A stretch of 64,000 nt of DNA from an uncultured Bacillota bacterium (GCA_963823655.1 CAWGMK010000013.1:384001-448000), one strand, 5' to 3'; shown: positions 48,730-61,752, numbered from the stretch's first letter. Translations and numbers: made by a program. Notes: a model not told the origin generated them from the sequence alone.

Positions 48730-50922
48730 CTACAATGTACTTTGCGGGTTGAAGTCCAACCTTACTGAGCAACCCTCGTAATCCTCGCCTTTTGACAGGA
48801 ACCCCAACTTGCCCCTTAGCGTTTCGGGCTCCTCGCTTAGTAATAGTATATGCCATCTGCTCCTGCCTTCAACCCTGGAAAGAGGCGCCTGCACCGGGCC
48901 CAAAAGGCGTACTCCGTCCTGTCCTTGTGAAATTCTCGCTGCGATCTTCTCCGCGCACTCCTCCGCCGCCCTGTCCGTCTCCGAGATTACCAGTATCCTT
49001 GCCATCTCGGAAAACGGGGGGTATCCGAGCGCCTTCCTCGAGGCCGACTCAATATCATAGAATTGCCTGTAATTCCCGGCTATCGCAGCTTTCAGGCTGT
49101 AGTGGTCCGGATTGTATGTCTGCACCACCACAAGCCCCGGCTCCGCCCCTCTTCCGGCCCTGCCCGAGACCTGAGCGACAAGCTGGTAGGTCCTCTCCGC
49201 CGCCCGAAAGTCCGGAAACTTCAGCGCCATGTCAGCTGCCAAGACTCCGACTAAGGTGACCTCGGGGATGTCTAAGCCTTTGGCTATCATCTGCGTACCC
49301 ACGAGGATCTGCGTCTTACCCTCCCTGAAGGCATCGAGAATCCTCCTGTGCGAGCCCCTCTTCTTCGTGCTGTCGACGTCCATCCTGGCGATGCCGGCCC
49401 CCGGGAAAAGCACCGCAAGCTCCTCTTCTACCTTCTGAGTGCCAAGGCCGTAGAGCTTGAGCCTTGCGCTGCCGCAAGACGGGCAGCGGGGCGGCACCTG
49501 CTCATCATGGGAGCAGTAATGGCACCTCGCAAGCTTCAGATCCGAATGATATACGAGCGAGACATCGCAAAGCGGGCACTTCATCGTAAAGCCGCAATCC
49601 CTGCAGAGTATGAGCGGCGAATGGCCCCTTCTGTTCAGAAAGAGCATTATCCTTCCGCCTTTGGCGAGCGCCTTATCCATCTCACCTTTAAGCCTGCGGC
49701 TGAGGAATGAATAGTTGCCGGCTTTCATCTCTTCCCTGCGGTCTACCAGGACCATCTCGGGAAGGCTCCTGCCGTCGACCCTTTCGGGCAGCTCACACAA
49801 TTTTATGGAGCCTGCTGCCACCCTGCTGTATGTTTCAAGCGACGGCGTCGCTGATCCCAGTATCAGGGCGGCGCCCGCAATCTTCGCTCTCTGCTCGGCG
49901 ACTTCCCTTGCGTGGTATCTCGGGCTGTCATCCTGCTTGTAGGAGCCGTCGTGCTCTTCGTCAATAACGATTATTCCTAGATTGGGCAGCGGCGCGAAGG
50001 CCGCCGAGCGGGCGCCTACGACTACGTCTACAAGGCCCTTGCTTGCCATGTACCAGTGATAGGACCTCTCCAATTCGGTAAGCGCGCTGTGAAGCACTGC
50101 CACCCTGGCGCCGAAATGGGCCCTTACAATGTCCGACATCTGCGGAGTAAGCGCGATGTCCGGCACAAGGAGGATTCCCTGCTTGCCGGCCGCCACCGCG
50201 GCCTTCAAAGCCCTTATATACACCTCGGTCTTGCCGGAGCCCGTTACGCCGTGCAGCAGGACTGTCCCGCCGTTGACTATTGCGCTTTCCGCAGCCTTCA
50301 GGGCTTCCAGCTGGTGACTTGTTAAGTCCACATGCTTTATTGCAGCGCGGCTGTCCTCCGAATTTGCCCTTCTCAGTACGAAAGCCCTCTCAAGGTATCC
50401 TGCCTTGACGAGCGAGGCGACCGCAGCCTCATTGGCTCCGCCTGCCTCAAGCACCATCTGAAGAGGGTAAGGGCCGCTCTCGCCCTGGGATAGGAACCAG
50501 TCCAGAAGCTTAAGCCTTACCGGGCTTCTTTTGAGCTCCTGCCTTGCTAGAGGTGGATCTGCAAGCAACCTTGCCGAAGGCCTGATCCCGGGAGCCAAGG
50601 GGATGTTGCCCGGAGGGAACATCAGCTTAACGGCCTCAATCCTCAAGCAAAGGTATTTTTCGGCCATCCAGTCCGCCAGCTGCATCATATCTGGAGGGGC
50701 CGCAATAGGGCCGGACTTAGGCTCCCTGAGTTGCTTTACGCCCTTCTGGTCTGTGGTGTCTGAGAGGGAGAACACGAAGCCGTCGATTAGCCTGTTTCTA
50801 AATGGCACGAGGACCTTGGAGCCGGGCAGCGCTGACATGCCTTCCGGCACCGAGTAATCGAAAAGCTGGTCTAACTTTCTGTGAATAATGTCTACGGCCA
50901 CTTTGGCATACATCGCCATCAC
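48730..50922 (-). CDS. priA: Primosomal protein N' PriA
   Basis: GVTGSGKTEVY, DEEH, LNRRG, Cys-rich region and GTQMIAKG motifs. Confidence 0.96.
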   Translation of the reverse strand: MMAMYAKVAVDIIHRKLDQLFDYSVPEGMSALPGSKVLVPFRNRLIDGFVFSLSDTTDQKGVKQLREPKSGPIAAPPDMMQLADWMAEKYLCLRIEAVKLMFPPGNIPLAPGIRPSARLLADPPLARQELKRSPVRLKLLDWFLSQGESGPYPLQMVLEAGGANEAAVASLVKAGYLERAFVLRRANSEDSRAAIKHVDLTSHQLEALKAAESAIVNGGTVLLHGVTGSGKTEVYIRALKAAVAAGKQGILLVPDIALTPQMSDIVRAHFGARVAVLHSALTELERSYHWYMASKGLVDVVVGARSAAFAPLPNLGIIVIDEEHDGSYKQDDSPRYHAREVAEQRAKIAGAALILGSATPSLETYSRVAAGSIKLCELPERVDGRSLPEMVLVDRREEMKAGNYSFLSRRLKGEMDKALAKGGRIMLFLNRRGHSPLILCRDCGFTMKCPLCDVSLVYHSDLKLARCHYCSHDEQVPPRCPSCGSARLKLYGLGTQKVEEELAVLFPGAGIARMDVDSTKKRGSHRRILDAFREGKTQILVGTQMIAKGLDIPEVTLVGVLAADMALKFPDFRAAERTYQLVAQVSGRAGRGAEPGLVVVQTYNPDHYSLKAAIAGNYRQFYDIESASRKALGYPPFSEMARILVISETDRAAEECAEKIAARISQGQDGVRLLGPVQAPLSRVEGRSRWHILLLSEEPETLRGKLGFLSKGEDYEGCSVRLDFNPQSTL

Positions 50923-51401
50923 CTGCCCCGGCCGAAAAGCCTCTCAAGCTTCCTCATCAATCCGGTCCAAACGCTGTCCTTGGCGGCTAGGGGCTCAACA
51001 AGCACGGAATCGATGCCGCAGAGGTTCGCGCCGAGGATGTCTGTGAACAGCTGGTCGCCGAACAGCAGCACCTCTCGCCTGGGCAGCCCGATCGCCCTAA
51101 GGGCCCTGGCCATGCCCCAGGGAAAGGGCTTGACCCACCCGTAGACTATAGGAAGGCCTATGGTCTTCTGTATCTTTGCTGCCCTGGTGCCGAAATTATT
51201 GGTGAAGACTACGATGCTAAATCCCATGGCCAGGGCGCTGTCCAGCCAACCTCTGAAATCGTCCTTGAGGTCAAGAGTTCCAAACGGCAGGAGCGTGTTG
51301 TCCGCGTCCACCAGCAGGCCCCTCTTCCCGCCCTTCCAGATGGAGGCTAGGTCCGAGTCAGTCACCTTTGCCATCGAATATGTCGGCTTTAAAAATCCCA
51401 T
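50919..51401 (-). CDS. YqeG-family HAD IIIA phosphatase
   Basis: DADNTL, TNN, KP and GDQLFTDILG motifs. Confidence 0.9.
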   Translation of the reverse strand: MGFLKPTYSMAKVTDSDLASIWKGGKRGLLVDADNTLLPFGTLDLKDDFRGWLDSALAMGFSIVVFTNNFGTRAAKIQKTIGLPIVYGWVKPFPWGMARALRAIGLPRREVLLFGDQLFTDILGANLCGIDSVLVEPLAAKDSVWTGLMRKLERLFGRGR

Positions 51402-51405
51402 GCCC

Positions 51406-52023
51406 TTACCTTGCGATCCTTGTCCTGATGCTGGCGATCAACATGTCTATTGCGACATTGTTGTAGCCGCCCTCAGGGACGATGATATCGGCATACTTCT
51501 TGGTAGGTTCGACGAATTGGATATGCATCGGCCTTACCGTGTCGAGATACTGCCTGATGACGAATTCGGTGGTCCTGCCCCTGTCCCTGGTGTCGCGAAC
51601 GAGCCTTCTGATGAAGCGCACATCCGGATCCGTATCAACATAGACTTTCATATCCATCAAGGCGCGGACCCTCTCGTCCTCAAGCACCAGTATCCCGTCT
51701 ATGATCACTACGCCTGCGGGGTTCACCCGGGTGGTGCGCGAAGTCCTGGTATGTTCGCTGAAGGAGTAGAAAGGCTTGTCAATGGACTTGCCCAGCTTGA
51801 GCTCTTTTATGTGGGCCATGAACAGCTCCACGTCGAAGGCGAAAGGATGGTCGTAGTTGACCTTTACCCTCTCTTCAAAGGGCATGTTGCTCTGGTCCTT
51901 GTAATAGGCATCCATCTCAAGCACTGCGACATAATCGCCGACTGCCTCAGCCACGCGGCGCACAACCGTGCTCTTGCCGGACCCGCTTCCTCCTGCAATG
52001 CCGATAGTTAAAGTTGCGGCCAT
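51406..52023 (-). CDS. udk: Uridine kinase
   Basis: [28 protein letters not shown] and PMH motifs. Confidence 0.95.
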   Translation of the reverse strand: MAATLTIGIAGGSGSGKSTVVRRVAEAVGDYVAVLEMDAYYKDQSNMPFEERVKVNYDHPFAFDVELFMAHIKELKLGKSIDKPFYSFSEHTRTSRTTRVNPAGVVIIDGILVLEDERVRALMDMKVYVDTDPDVRFIRRLVRDTRDRGRTTEFVIRQYLDTVRPMHIQFVEPTKKYADIIVPEGGYNNVAIDMLIASIRTRIAR

Positions 52024-52058
52024 AATATTGCCTCCAATCGAGAAAGGGCAAAACGGGC

Positions 52059-53058
52059 TCAGTTGCCGGCTATAGCCCTTAGATGTTCGCTGTAGGTCCT
52101 GGAGAAAGTATGGCTTCCGTCGCCGTTTGCTACGAAGAACAGGTAGTTATGCTCGGCGGGGTTCAAAACCGCCAGTATGGCAGCCTCTCCGGGGTTCGAG
52201 ATCGGCCCGGGCGGCAGCCCATTGGTAAGATAGGTGTTATATGGAGATTCGATCAGCGTATCCTGCCTGCTGAGGACCGCTTTCGGCTCAGGCAGCAGGT
52301 ATTGGACCGTCGCGCAGCTCTGAAGCGCCATGTTCCTGTCGAGCCTGTTTAAAAATACCCCTGCCACGATGGGAAGCTCTGAGCTGAGCAAGGCCTCCTT
52401 CTCTACTATCGAGGCCAGTATGACGACCTGTTCGGGTGAAAGGCCAAGCTTCAGCTCGCTTGCTATCCTTTTGCCCGCTTTCAGGCTGAAGTTTTCGAGC
52501 ATGGCGGAGATGACCGCCTGCGCCCCTGCTCCCTCGCTGAACTCATATGTGTCCGGGTAAAGGTAGCCTTCCAGCCCCCCTGCGATATTGAACGGGATCA
52601 GCGCTAATAGCGACTCGTCGGGCTCCATGACCAATCGCCATGAATTCGTCGTAGTCGGCCAGCCCGAGAGATGCCGCCTTGTTTGCAATCTGCCTGGCTG
52701 TATAGCCTTCAGGTATTCTCAGCTCGACGCCCTTTTGAAGGCCTAGTTTCAGCTTCCTTACGATGCTTGCCAGACCTTCGGTCGCCGAAAAGTCGTACTT
52801 GCCGAATTTGAGGCCTCCGTCAAGCCCGAAAAGCTTCACATACAGCTTGAAACCGAATTCGGAGGAGATTAGCCCGGCTTCCTTCAGGATGCCGGCGATT
52901 CCTCCCGTTCCCGTCCCTTCGGGTATTGCGATTTCTACAGGATCCGAAGATGCCAAGCTTGGCGGATCCAATACGGCTTTCACCGCCACCGCCCCAGCCA
53001 AAGCTGCTATTACCACAAGGATTGCGAGTACTCTGATTATCGATCTGCCATTGCTCAT
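52059..53058 (-). CDS. mltG: Endolytic transglycosylase MltG (+1 frameshift near 52638)
   Basis: TM anchor, [27 protein letters not shown] and GLPPGPI motifs. Confidence 0.93.
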
Positions 53059-53079
53059 TACGTTGTTTACCTCTATGGA

Positions 53080-53088
53080 ATTATACCA
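53080..53088 (-). promoter_or_regulatory. Extended -10 promoter of mltG-udk
   Basis: TGGTATAAT about 20 nt upstream of the mltG ATG, just after the DUF1292 terminator. Confidence 0.6.
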
Positions 53089-53115
53089 TGCGAGAAGTGC
53101 CCAAAACCTAAGAAG

Positions 53116-53140
53116 GGCGGGACCTTTCGCAGGTCCCGCC
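53116..53140 (-). terminator. Terminator after the DUF1292 gene
   Basis: GGCGGGACCT-TTCGC-AGGTCCCGCC 10-bp stem followed by TTCTT on the minus strand. Confidence 0.7.
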
Positions 53141-53155
53141 TCGGTGTTTTATCGT

Positions 53156-53596
53156 TTACTCCTCATCGTCGTCCTCTTCTTCGTCTTCTTCCTCATCCTC
53201 TTCGTCGATGAGCTCGAGGACTTCCTCTATCGTCTCTTCCAGTTCCTTGTCCTCTTCCTCGGTGAGCTCCAAGACATCAGGCTCGCCGTCAACGCCGGCT
53301 ACGATGCGAAGCACCGCAAGGTCGCGCTCCTCGCCTTCGTTCTCGTCGGAGCAGCACTCCGAGCACTCATCCGCCTTCTCGTGGCTTGAGCAACCGCATG
53401 TGGTGCAGCCTTCCTCGCCATCTTCCTTCTCGAGCGCCTCGATTTCGGAGTCGAACAGGGAGAACATAATGCCATACTGCTTGCCGTCATGTTCAAAGAG
53501 CTTACGGCATACGAAGTACTTATCGCCTTCATCCTCATATCCAAGAACCCAAACGCTGCCTTCTATCTGCTCAGGATTAAACATCAAATTTACCAC
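53156..53596 (-). CDS. Acidic DUF1292/YrzB-like protein with a Cys-rich insert
   Basis: Position between ruvX and mltG, FEHDGKQY segment and very acidic tail. Confidence 0.65.
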   Translation of the reverse strand: MVNLMFNPEQIEGSVWVLGYEDEGDKYFVCRKLFEHDGKQYGIMFSLFDSEIEALEKEDGEEGCTTCGCSSHEKADECSECCSDENEGEERDLAVLRIVAGVDGEPDVLELTEEEDKELEETIEEVLELIDEEDEEEDEEEDDDEE

Positions 53597-53629
53597 CTTT
53601 CATTTCTAAGACCAAATGACAATTTACAA

Positions 53630-54070
53630 TTATTGCGCCTCGCCGTCAATAGCCAGTCTTGTCCTTTCGCAATCCAGGTACGATTGCAGCATGATCGCGG
53701 CCGCCATGCTGTCCACCGCGCTTCTTCTGCTTTTCCTCGAGACATCCGCCGATATCATAAGCTTGTTTGCCTGGCTGCTTGTCAGCCTTTCATCCCATGG
53801 TATTACTTCAACGGTGACTGCCGGTCTGAGCTCGTTTATGAACCTTCCTACGAACTCGGCGGCCAGACCTCCGGTTCCGTCCAGCTTGATTGGCATCCCA
53901 ACGACCACAGCCTCCGCTTCGTGCTTCCTTTGAAGTTCGGCGATGGCTATGGCGTTCTTCTTGTGGCCAAGCGATTGGATTGCCGCCATCGGCAGGGCCA
54001 TAAGCCCTTCTAAATCGCTTAAAGCAACTCCAATCCTCACTTTTCCCATATCGATGCCTAGAATCCTCAT
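53630..54070 (-). CDS. ruvX: Pre-16S rRNA nuclease / resolvase-like RuvX (YqgF)
   Basis: MRILGIDMG.VRIGVA.SD, VVGMP, WDERLTS and VDSMAAAIMLQSYLD motifs. Confidence 0.94.
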   Translation of the reverse strand: MRILGIDMGKVRIGVALSDLEGLMALPMAAIQSLGHKKNAIAIAELQRKHEAEAVVVGMPIKLDGTGGLAAEFVGRFINELRPAVTVEVIPWDERLTSSQANKLMISADVSRKSRRSAVDSMAAAIMLQSYLDCERTRLAIDGEAQ

Positions 54071-54072
54071 CA

Positions 54073-55021
54073 CTACACTATCCTTATATGGAAGTCGGGG
54101 CACGCCCTGCCGCAATATCCGCACAGTATGCACTTCGACTCATCCACCACTGCCCTGCCGCCCACGATTTCTATAGCCGCCTGTTTGCAGGCTGCCTTGC
54201 AGGCTCCGCAGCCGGAACACCACTGTTCCACTATTATCGATTTCGTCTTGTAAGCCTTCTTTAAAGCCTGTTCTGATGCCGTTTTACCGTTGAAGATGCC
54301 CACGTCGATGTCCAGCTCGTCCATGTTGGCTATCCCCAGCGCTATGCTGTCCAGGTATTCCTTCGACATTGCCCACTCTATTGCCTTCGGGAGCTCCCCT
54401 ATCATCAGGCCGCCGCCGAGCACCTTCATCGCGTAGATCCCGATGCCGGCACCGTGCGCAATCGCTACGGCCGCTTCCATCCTCTCGATGTTTCCGTCCA
54501 GCATCCCGAGGCTCTTGTAATTGAACATGGGATGCAGCACATCCAGGAAATCCAGCTCAGGTGCCGCCTCTGCAACCTCGCATGCATGCGTAGACACACC
54601 GATAGCCCTGATTATTCCCTTGCTCTTGGCCTCCCTCAGATACCTGAAGCCGTCCTCATGTCCTCTTAGAGTTGCCCTGCTCTCCTGCTCGTGCATCAGG
54701 TATATGTCCAGGTAATCCGTATCGAGCTGCCATAGAGCGTCCTCTACCGACTTTCTCATGCCGTCATAAGTGTAGTCGTAGCTCTTCGTCGCGATAACTA
54801 ACAGATTCGCGGGGGACCCTTTTCAGGAATTCCTTTAGGTGCGGATGCGAGCCGTAGATATGGGCAGAATCGAAGAAGTTCACGCCTCTTTCGAACGCTG
54901 CCTCGAAAATATCGGCGGCTTTATCCGGGGCCATTCCTATCTGTAAAGGGCCAACGGTGAGAGTGCCCAGGCACATTCTCGAAACTTCTATTCCCGACCT
55001 TCCCAGCAACCTTCTCTCCAA
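54073..55021 (-). CDS. Aldo/keto reductase with a C-terminal 2x[4Fe-4S] domain (+1 frameshift near 54800)
   Basis: LGRSG, DSAHIYG, TDYLDIYLMH, AMK, CSGCGAC...C and CILCGYC...CP motifs. Confidence 0.88.
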
Positions 55022-55096
55022 AAGCCTAGCCTCCGCACATGATACGAGCCCCCCTGCCGGTATCCAGCAAGAGGGCTCGCTGAAACCTGGGCCGGA

Positions 55097-55360
55097 TCAG
55101 ATTATTCCTTTAAGGTAGCTGTTGGCCAGCTCCTCAATTATCTCGTCGCGTTCAAGCCTCTGGATGAGGTTCCTGGCATTCTTATGCCCGGTGATGTAGG
55201 CGGGATCTCCCGAAACCAGGTATCCTACCAGCTGATTGACCGGGTTGTAGCCCTTTTCGACAAGGGCCAGGACGACTTCACGCAGAAGCTTCTTGACCTG
55301 GTTGTCCTCCTGGGCTTGAACGCTCTGAAAGCTTACGGTCATATTGCCCTTCTCACTCAT
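55097..55360 (-). CDS. IreB/ReoM (UPF0297) regulatory phosphoprotein
   Basis: [40 protein letters not shown]; N-terminal Thr present. Confidence 0.93.
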   Translation of the reverse strand: MSEKGNMTVSFQSVQAQEDNQVKKLLREVVLALVEKGYNPVNQLVGYLVSGDPAYITGHKNARNLIQRLERDEIIEELANSYLKGII

Positions 55361-55395
55361 ACAAAACGCGCCTCCTGCCAATGTGAAACGGCCTT

Positions 55396-58045
<2,650 letters not shown>

Positions 58046-58054
58046 TTAAGGATA

Positions 58055-58083
58055 ACTCTATGTTCGCCAGCCATCGGTGTCAA
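58055..58083 (-). promoter_or_regulatory. Putative sigma-A promoter of alaS
   Basis: TTGACA-N17-TAGAGT about 30 nt upstream of the ATG. Confidence 0.6.
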
Positions 58084-58104
58084 CATCGACGGCGAGATAA
58101 AATA

Positions 58105-58572
58105 CTATTTCGTTCCGCAGCCGGCGCCCTCTTCAGCCTCGTCATCGCCGTGGTCATGCTCGTCCTTAACGATGATCTTGGAAGGATCTATGCCCTTCAC
58201 GGCACCCGGGTTCTTCGTAAGGAAGTCCTTTATTGCAAGGTGTAGCGCGTCTGCCGCGAGGTTCGAGCAATGCATCTTGTTGGCAGGAAGGCCGCCTAGC
58301 CTCTCAGCTACCATCTTGTTGGTGAGAGCCAGCGCTTCCTGCACGGTCTTGCCGCGCATCATATCGGTTACTGCGCTTGAAGTCGCAATGGCAGCGCCAC
58401 AACCGAAGGTCTTGAACTTGATGTCCTCAAGCACTTCGCCCTTCACTCTAATGGTGATCCTCATGATGTCGCCGCACACGGGATTCCCTATCTGCCCTAT
58501 TCCGTCAGGGTTCTCAATCTCTCCCATGTTCCTCGGATTTGTTAGGTAATCCATTACTATGTCAGTATACAT
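58105..58572 (-). CDS. iscU: Fe-S scaffold IscU/NifU
   Basis: NPRN, GNPVCGD, FGCGAAIA and KMHCS motifs. Confidence 0.94.
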   Translation of the reverse strand: MYTDIVMDYLTNPRNMGEIENPDGIGQIGNPVCGDIMRITIRVKGEVLEDIKFKTFGCGAAIATSSAVTDMMRGKTVQEALALTNKMVAERLGGLPANKMHCSNLAADALHLAIKDFLTKNPGAVKGIDPSKIIVKDEHDHGDDEAEEGAGCGTK

Positions 58573-58618
58573 CCCAGCACCTCATATTCATATATTCGCA
58601 TATCATTATATATTGCTA

Positions 58619-59830
58619 TTAACCATTTACAGAGCAGTTTCCTGACTCGTCGCAGACATCTTTTCTCGCACAACTTGTCTTGATGTAAAGCGGCGACATC
58701 TCACGAAGTTTGGCTACTATCCCGGGGAACACTTCTATCACCCTGTCGACTTCGGCCTCGGTATTGTACTTGCCAAGCGACATGCGCACCGACCCATGAG
58801 CAATCTCGTGGATAAGGCCTATGGCGAGCAGGACATGCGACGGTTCCAGCGAGCCTGAAGTGCAGGCCGATCCGCTGGAAGCGGCAATCCCGTTCATATC
58901 GAGGTGAAGCAGCAGCGATTCGCCCTCCACGTACCTGTAGGAGATGTTCACATTACCTGGCAGCCTCTTTATGGGGTGTCCGTTAAGCTTGATGTCGGGG
59001 ATGGCATCTGTGAGCCCTTTGATCAGCCTGTCTCTTAAATAGCTCAGATGGGCGATCTCTTCGGGCATCTCCTTTACCGCAAGCTCCAGGGCCTTCGCCA
59101 TGCCCACTATATAGGCGACGTTCTCGGTGCCTGCCCTGCGCTTGCGCTCCTGCGCGCCGCCTGTAATTTGAGGCTCCAGCCTTACGCCCTTCCTCACAAA
59201 CAGGCCGCCGATGCCCTTGGGGCCGTTGAATTTGTGGGCTGCGAAGCTCAACAAATCGACTCCCATTGCCTTTACGTTGACCGGGATGTGCCCTACCGTC
59301 TGCACTGCATCGGTATGCAGCAGCACGCCCTTTTCGCGGCAGATCTGGGCGATCTCCGTTATCGGCTGGACGGATCCTATCTCATTGTTGCCGTGCATTA
59401 TCGTAACAAGGCCAGTATCAGGCCTTATCGCAGCCCTTACATCTTCGGGGTCCACAATGCCGTACTCATCCACTGGTACTACGGTTACCTCATATCCCCT
59501 CTTGGATAGAAGCTTCACCGTATCATGGACCGCATGGTGCTCTATTGCGCTGGTTATGATGTGCTTCTTGCCATAGGCTTCCATGACGCCCCTGATCGCG
59601 AGGTTGTCGGATTCCGAGCCGCAGCCCGTGAAGATTATCTCGCCGGCCTCAGCGCCGATAGAGGCCGCAATCGATGCCCTTGCCTCTTCCATGGCCTTCT
59701 TCGCGGTCCTTCCGAACCAATGTATGCTGGACGGGTTGCCGTAAACCTCGCTCAAGTAGGGAAGCATCGCCTCGAGGGCTTCCTTCCTCAACGGGGTAGT
59801 CGCCGAATTGTCGAAATATATCCTATCCAT
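58619..59830 (-). CDS. iscS: Cysteine desulfurase IscS/NifS
   Basis: YFDNSATT, GNPSS, HTDAVQ, AHKFNGPKG and SSGSACTS motifs. Confidence 0.95.
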   Translation of the reverse strand: MDRIYFDNSATTPLRKEALEAMLPYLSEVYGNPSSIHWFGRTAKKAMEEARASIAASIGAEAGEIIFTGCGSESDNLAIRGVMEAYGKKHIITSAIEHHAVHDTVKLLSKRGYEVTVVPVDEYGIVDPEDVRAAIRPDTGLVTIMHGNNEIGSVQPITEIAQICREKGVLLHTDAVQTVGHIPVNVKAMGVDLLSFAAHKFNGPKGIGGLFVRKGVRLEPQITGGAQERKRRAGTENVAYIVGMAKALELAVKEMPEEIAHLSYLRDRLIKGLTDAIPDIKLNGHPIKRLPGNVNISYRYVEGESLLLHLDMNGIAASSGSACTSGSLEPSHVLLAIGLIHEIAHGSVRMSLGKYNTEAEVDRVIEVFPGIVAKLREMSPLYIKTSCARKDVCDESGNCSVNG

Positions 59831-59850
59831 CAGGCATCCTCCTAATGTTT

Positions 59851-60246
59851 CTATAGCATGTCCGCCAGAGTGGATTTCTCTAAAATCTCATTGAACCCGA
59901 CTGTTATCTTGGCCCATACGGGATGTACCGGGCAGCCTTCCCTTCTGTCGCAGGACGAGTCCTGCCCCAGGCAGTCGCATAGCGTCACAGGCCCTTCCAG
60001 CGCCCCCACAATGTCGCCGAAGCTGACATCAGAAGGCCTTTTGGCAAGGTCATACCCGCCAGACGGCCCCCTGGTCGCCTTGACCAAACCCGCCTTCCTT
60101 AGCTGTGAAAGCATCTGCTCGAGGAAATTCTCGGGTATCTGCTGGTCGGCGGCGATTGCGCGCATCGACAGAGGCCCTTTGCCATAAGCCCTGGCAAGGG
60201 CGTACATGGCCCTTATGCCGTATTCCGTCCTCGCAGTAATCTTCAT
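59851..60246 (-). CDS. Rrf2-family regulator, IscR-like with Cys cluster ligands
   Basis: EYGIRAM, FLEQ, RGPSGGY and CDC...C...C..H; first gene of the isc operon. Confidence 0.9.
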   Translation of the reverse strand: MKITARTEYGIRAMYALARAYGKGPLSMRAIAADQQIPENFLEQMLSQLRKAGLVKATRGPSGGYDLAKRPSDVSFGDIVGALEGPVTLCDCLGQDSSCDRREGCPVHPVWAKITVGFNEILEKSTLADML

Positions 60247-60258
60247 CCGGTCACCTAT

Positions 60259-60316
60259 ATCCTACTAATTAAGTCGGAAACATTTCGAGTATATGCTCCC
60301 CCGCCTTCGATGTCAA
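60259..60316 (-). promoter_or_regulatory. isc operon promoter and Rrf2/IscR operator
   Basis: TTGACA(60316-60311)-N17-TATACT(60293-60288), followed by the near-palindrome TTCCGACTTAATTAGTAGGAT (60279-60259). Confidence 0.8.
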
Positions 60317-60405
60317 CACCATTAGGCTCTGCCGGCATGCCCTTCGGTATGGAGCGGCGCCCGGCATGTTATCCTGTATATATAAAAGAAAGCAGCGGAG
60401 GGAAA

Positions 60406-61752
60406 ATGCAAACAGGAGACAAGCTAAATCTGACAATACTTGGACCGTCGCATGACGGAAGCGGAGTAGCAAGAAACGACGGACAAGTCGTGTTTGTGGA
60501 AGGTGCACTACCGGGTGAGAGCGTGCTTGCTACAATCACAGAGACAGGCAAAACCTTTGCAAGAGCTAAGCTCGATGACGTAATCGAGGCTTCCGATATT
60601 AGGGTCGAGCCGTTCTGCAGGCATTACGGCGAATGTGGAGGCTGCTCTTTACAGCACGCAAGCTACGAAGGCCAGCTTGCCATCAAAAGGGCCATTGTAA
60701 CTAACGCCTTCCAACGTATCGGCAAGGTAAGCGGAGCAGAAGTGCTCCCCGCGATAGGCATGCCGGATCCTTTCCATTACAGGAACAAGGCGGAATATAG
60801 AGTCGAATTCGGACCCGACGGCGCAATCGCCTGCGGCTTCAGGAGGCGCTCCTCGCATGAATGTGTGGACATAAGCGAGTGCAAGATCGTCCCCCAAGCT
60901 AGTTTCGAGGCATTATCTACCCTGAGAGGTATTTTGAAAGGTTATGATTCGCCTTCTGAGCTAGGAATCAAGCATGCTGTCGTAAGGACCGGTGCAGATG
61001 ATTCTTTGATGCTCATCCTGGTTTCGACGGTAGAGGCTTCATCCTCTCATAACAGGCTTGCCAACCTGCTGCATGACAGGCTGCCGGCCCTTACAAGCAT
61101 TTACCACAACCTGAATAAGAGAAGCGTCGGAGAACTAATGGGATGGAACAGCACCCTGCTTTATGGCACGCCTAAGATACCTCAGAAGTTAGCAGGGTAC
61201 GATTTCTCAGTCTCGCCCGCATCATTCCTCCAAATAAACAGCACCCAAGTGGAGAAGCTGTATGAGACCGCTGTGGACTTCGCCGGGCTCACCGGCAATG
61301 AGTCAGTGCTTGACCTGTATTGCGGCATAGGGACCATGACGATGATGCTCGCCAAAAAAGCTGCCCAGGCGATGGGAATCGAAATCAATATGCAAGCAGT
61401 CAAGGATGCGGCTGACAATGCCGAGAAGAACGGCATATCGAATGTTGTCTTCAAAGCCGGTCGGGCAGAAATACTGATCAGATCGGAAGAAGTCAGGCGC
61501 TTGGGCGCGAGCGTCGCAGTACTGGATCCTCCAAGGGCGGGTTGCGACTCCTCGTTGCTGTATGGCATTGTTTCATCGAAAGTTCAGCGCATAGTTTACG
61601 TCTCCTGCGATCCTGCGACGCTTGGCAGAGATGTCGCCCTATTGGCGGCGAACGGTTTCAGCCTGGTGAAAGTCCAGCCTATTGACATGTTTCCCCATAC
61701 GGCCCATGTTGAGACGGTAGTATTGATGTCAAGGATTGAGAAAAAGACGTAG
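60406..61752 (+). CDS. rlmD: 23S rRNA m5U1939 methyltransferase RlmD/RumA
   Basis: TRAM domain, CRHYGECGGC, YRNK, SFLQIN, DLYCGIG, DPPRAG, YVSC and DMFPHT.HVE motifs; start at ATG 60406 after GGAGG. Confidence 0.95.
   Translation: MQTGDKLNLTILGPSHDGSGVARNDGQVVFVEGALPGESVLATITETGKTFARAKLDDVIEASDIRVEPFCRHYGECGGCSLQHASYEGQLAIKRAIVTNAFQRIGKVSGAEVLPAIGMPDPFHYRNKAEYRVEFGPDGAIACGFRRRSSHECVDISECKIVPQASFEALSTLRGILKGYDSPSELGIKHAVVRTGADDSLMLILVSTVEASSSHNRLANLLHDRLPALTSIYHNLNKRSVGELMGWNSTLLYGTPKIPQKLAGYDFSVSPASFLQINSTQVEKLYETAVDFAGLTGNESVLDLYCGIGTMTMMLAKKAAQAMGIEINMQAVKDAADNAEKNGISNVVFKAGRAEILIRSEEVRRLGASVAVLDPPRAGCDSSLLYGIVSSKVQRIVYVSCDPATLGRDVALLAANGFSLVKVQPIDMFPHTAHVETVVLMSRIEKKT

Noticed and set aside
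53156-53260. TCC/TCG/TCT-rich low-complexity repeat
   Set aside because: It simply encodes the Asp/Glu-rich tail of the DUF1292-like protein.
58573-58618. AT-rich CATAT-like repeats between iscS and iscU
   Set aside because: Short, irregular low-complexity spacer with no consistent period or palindrome.
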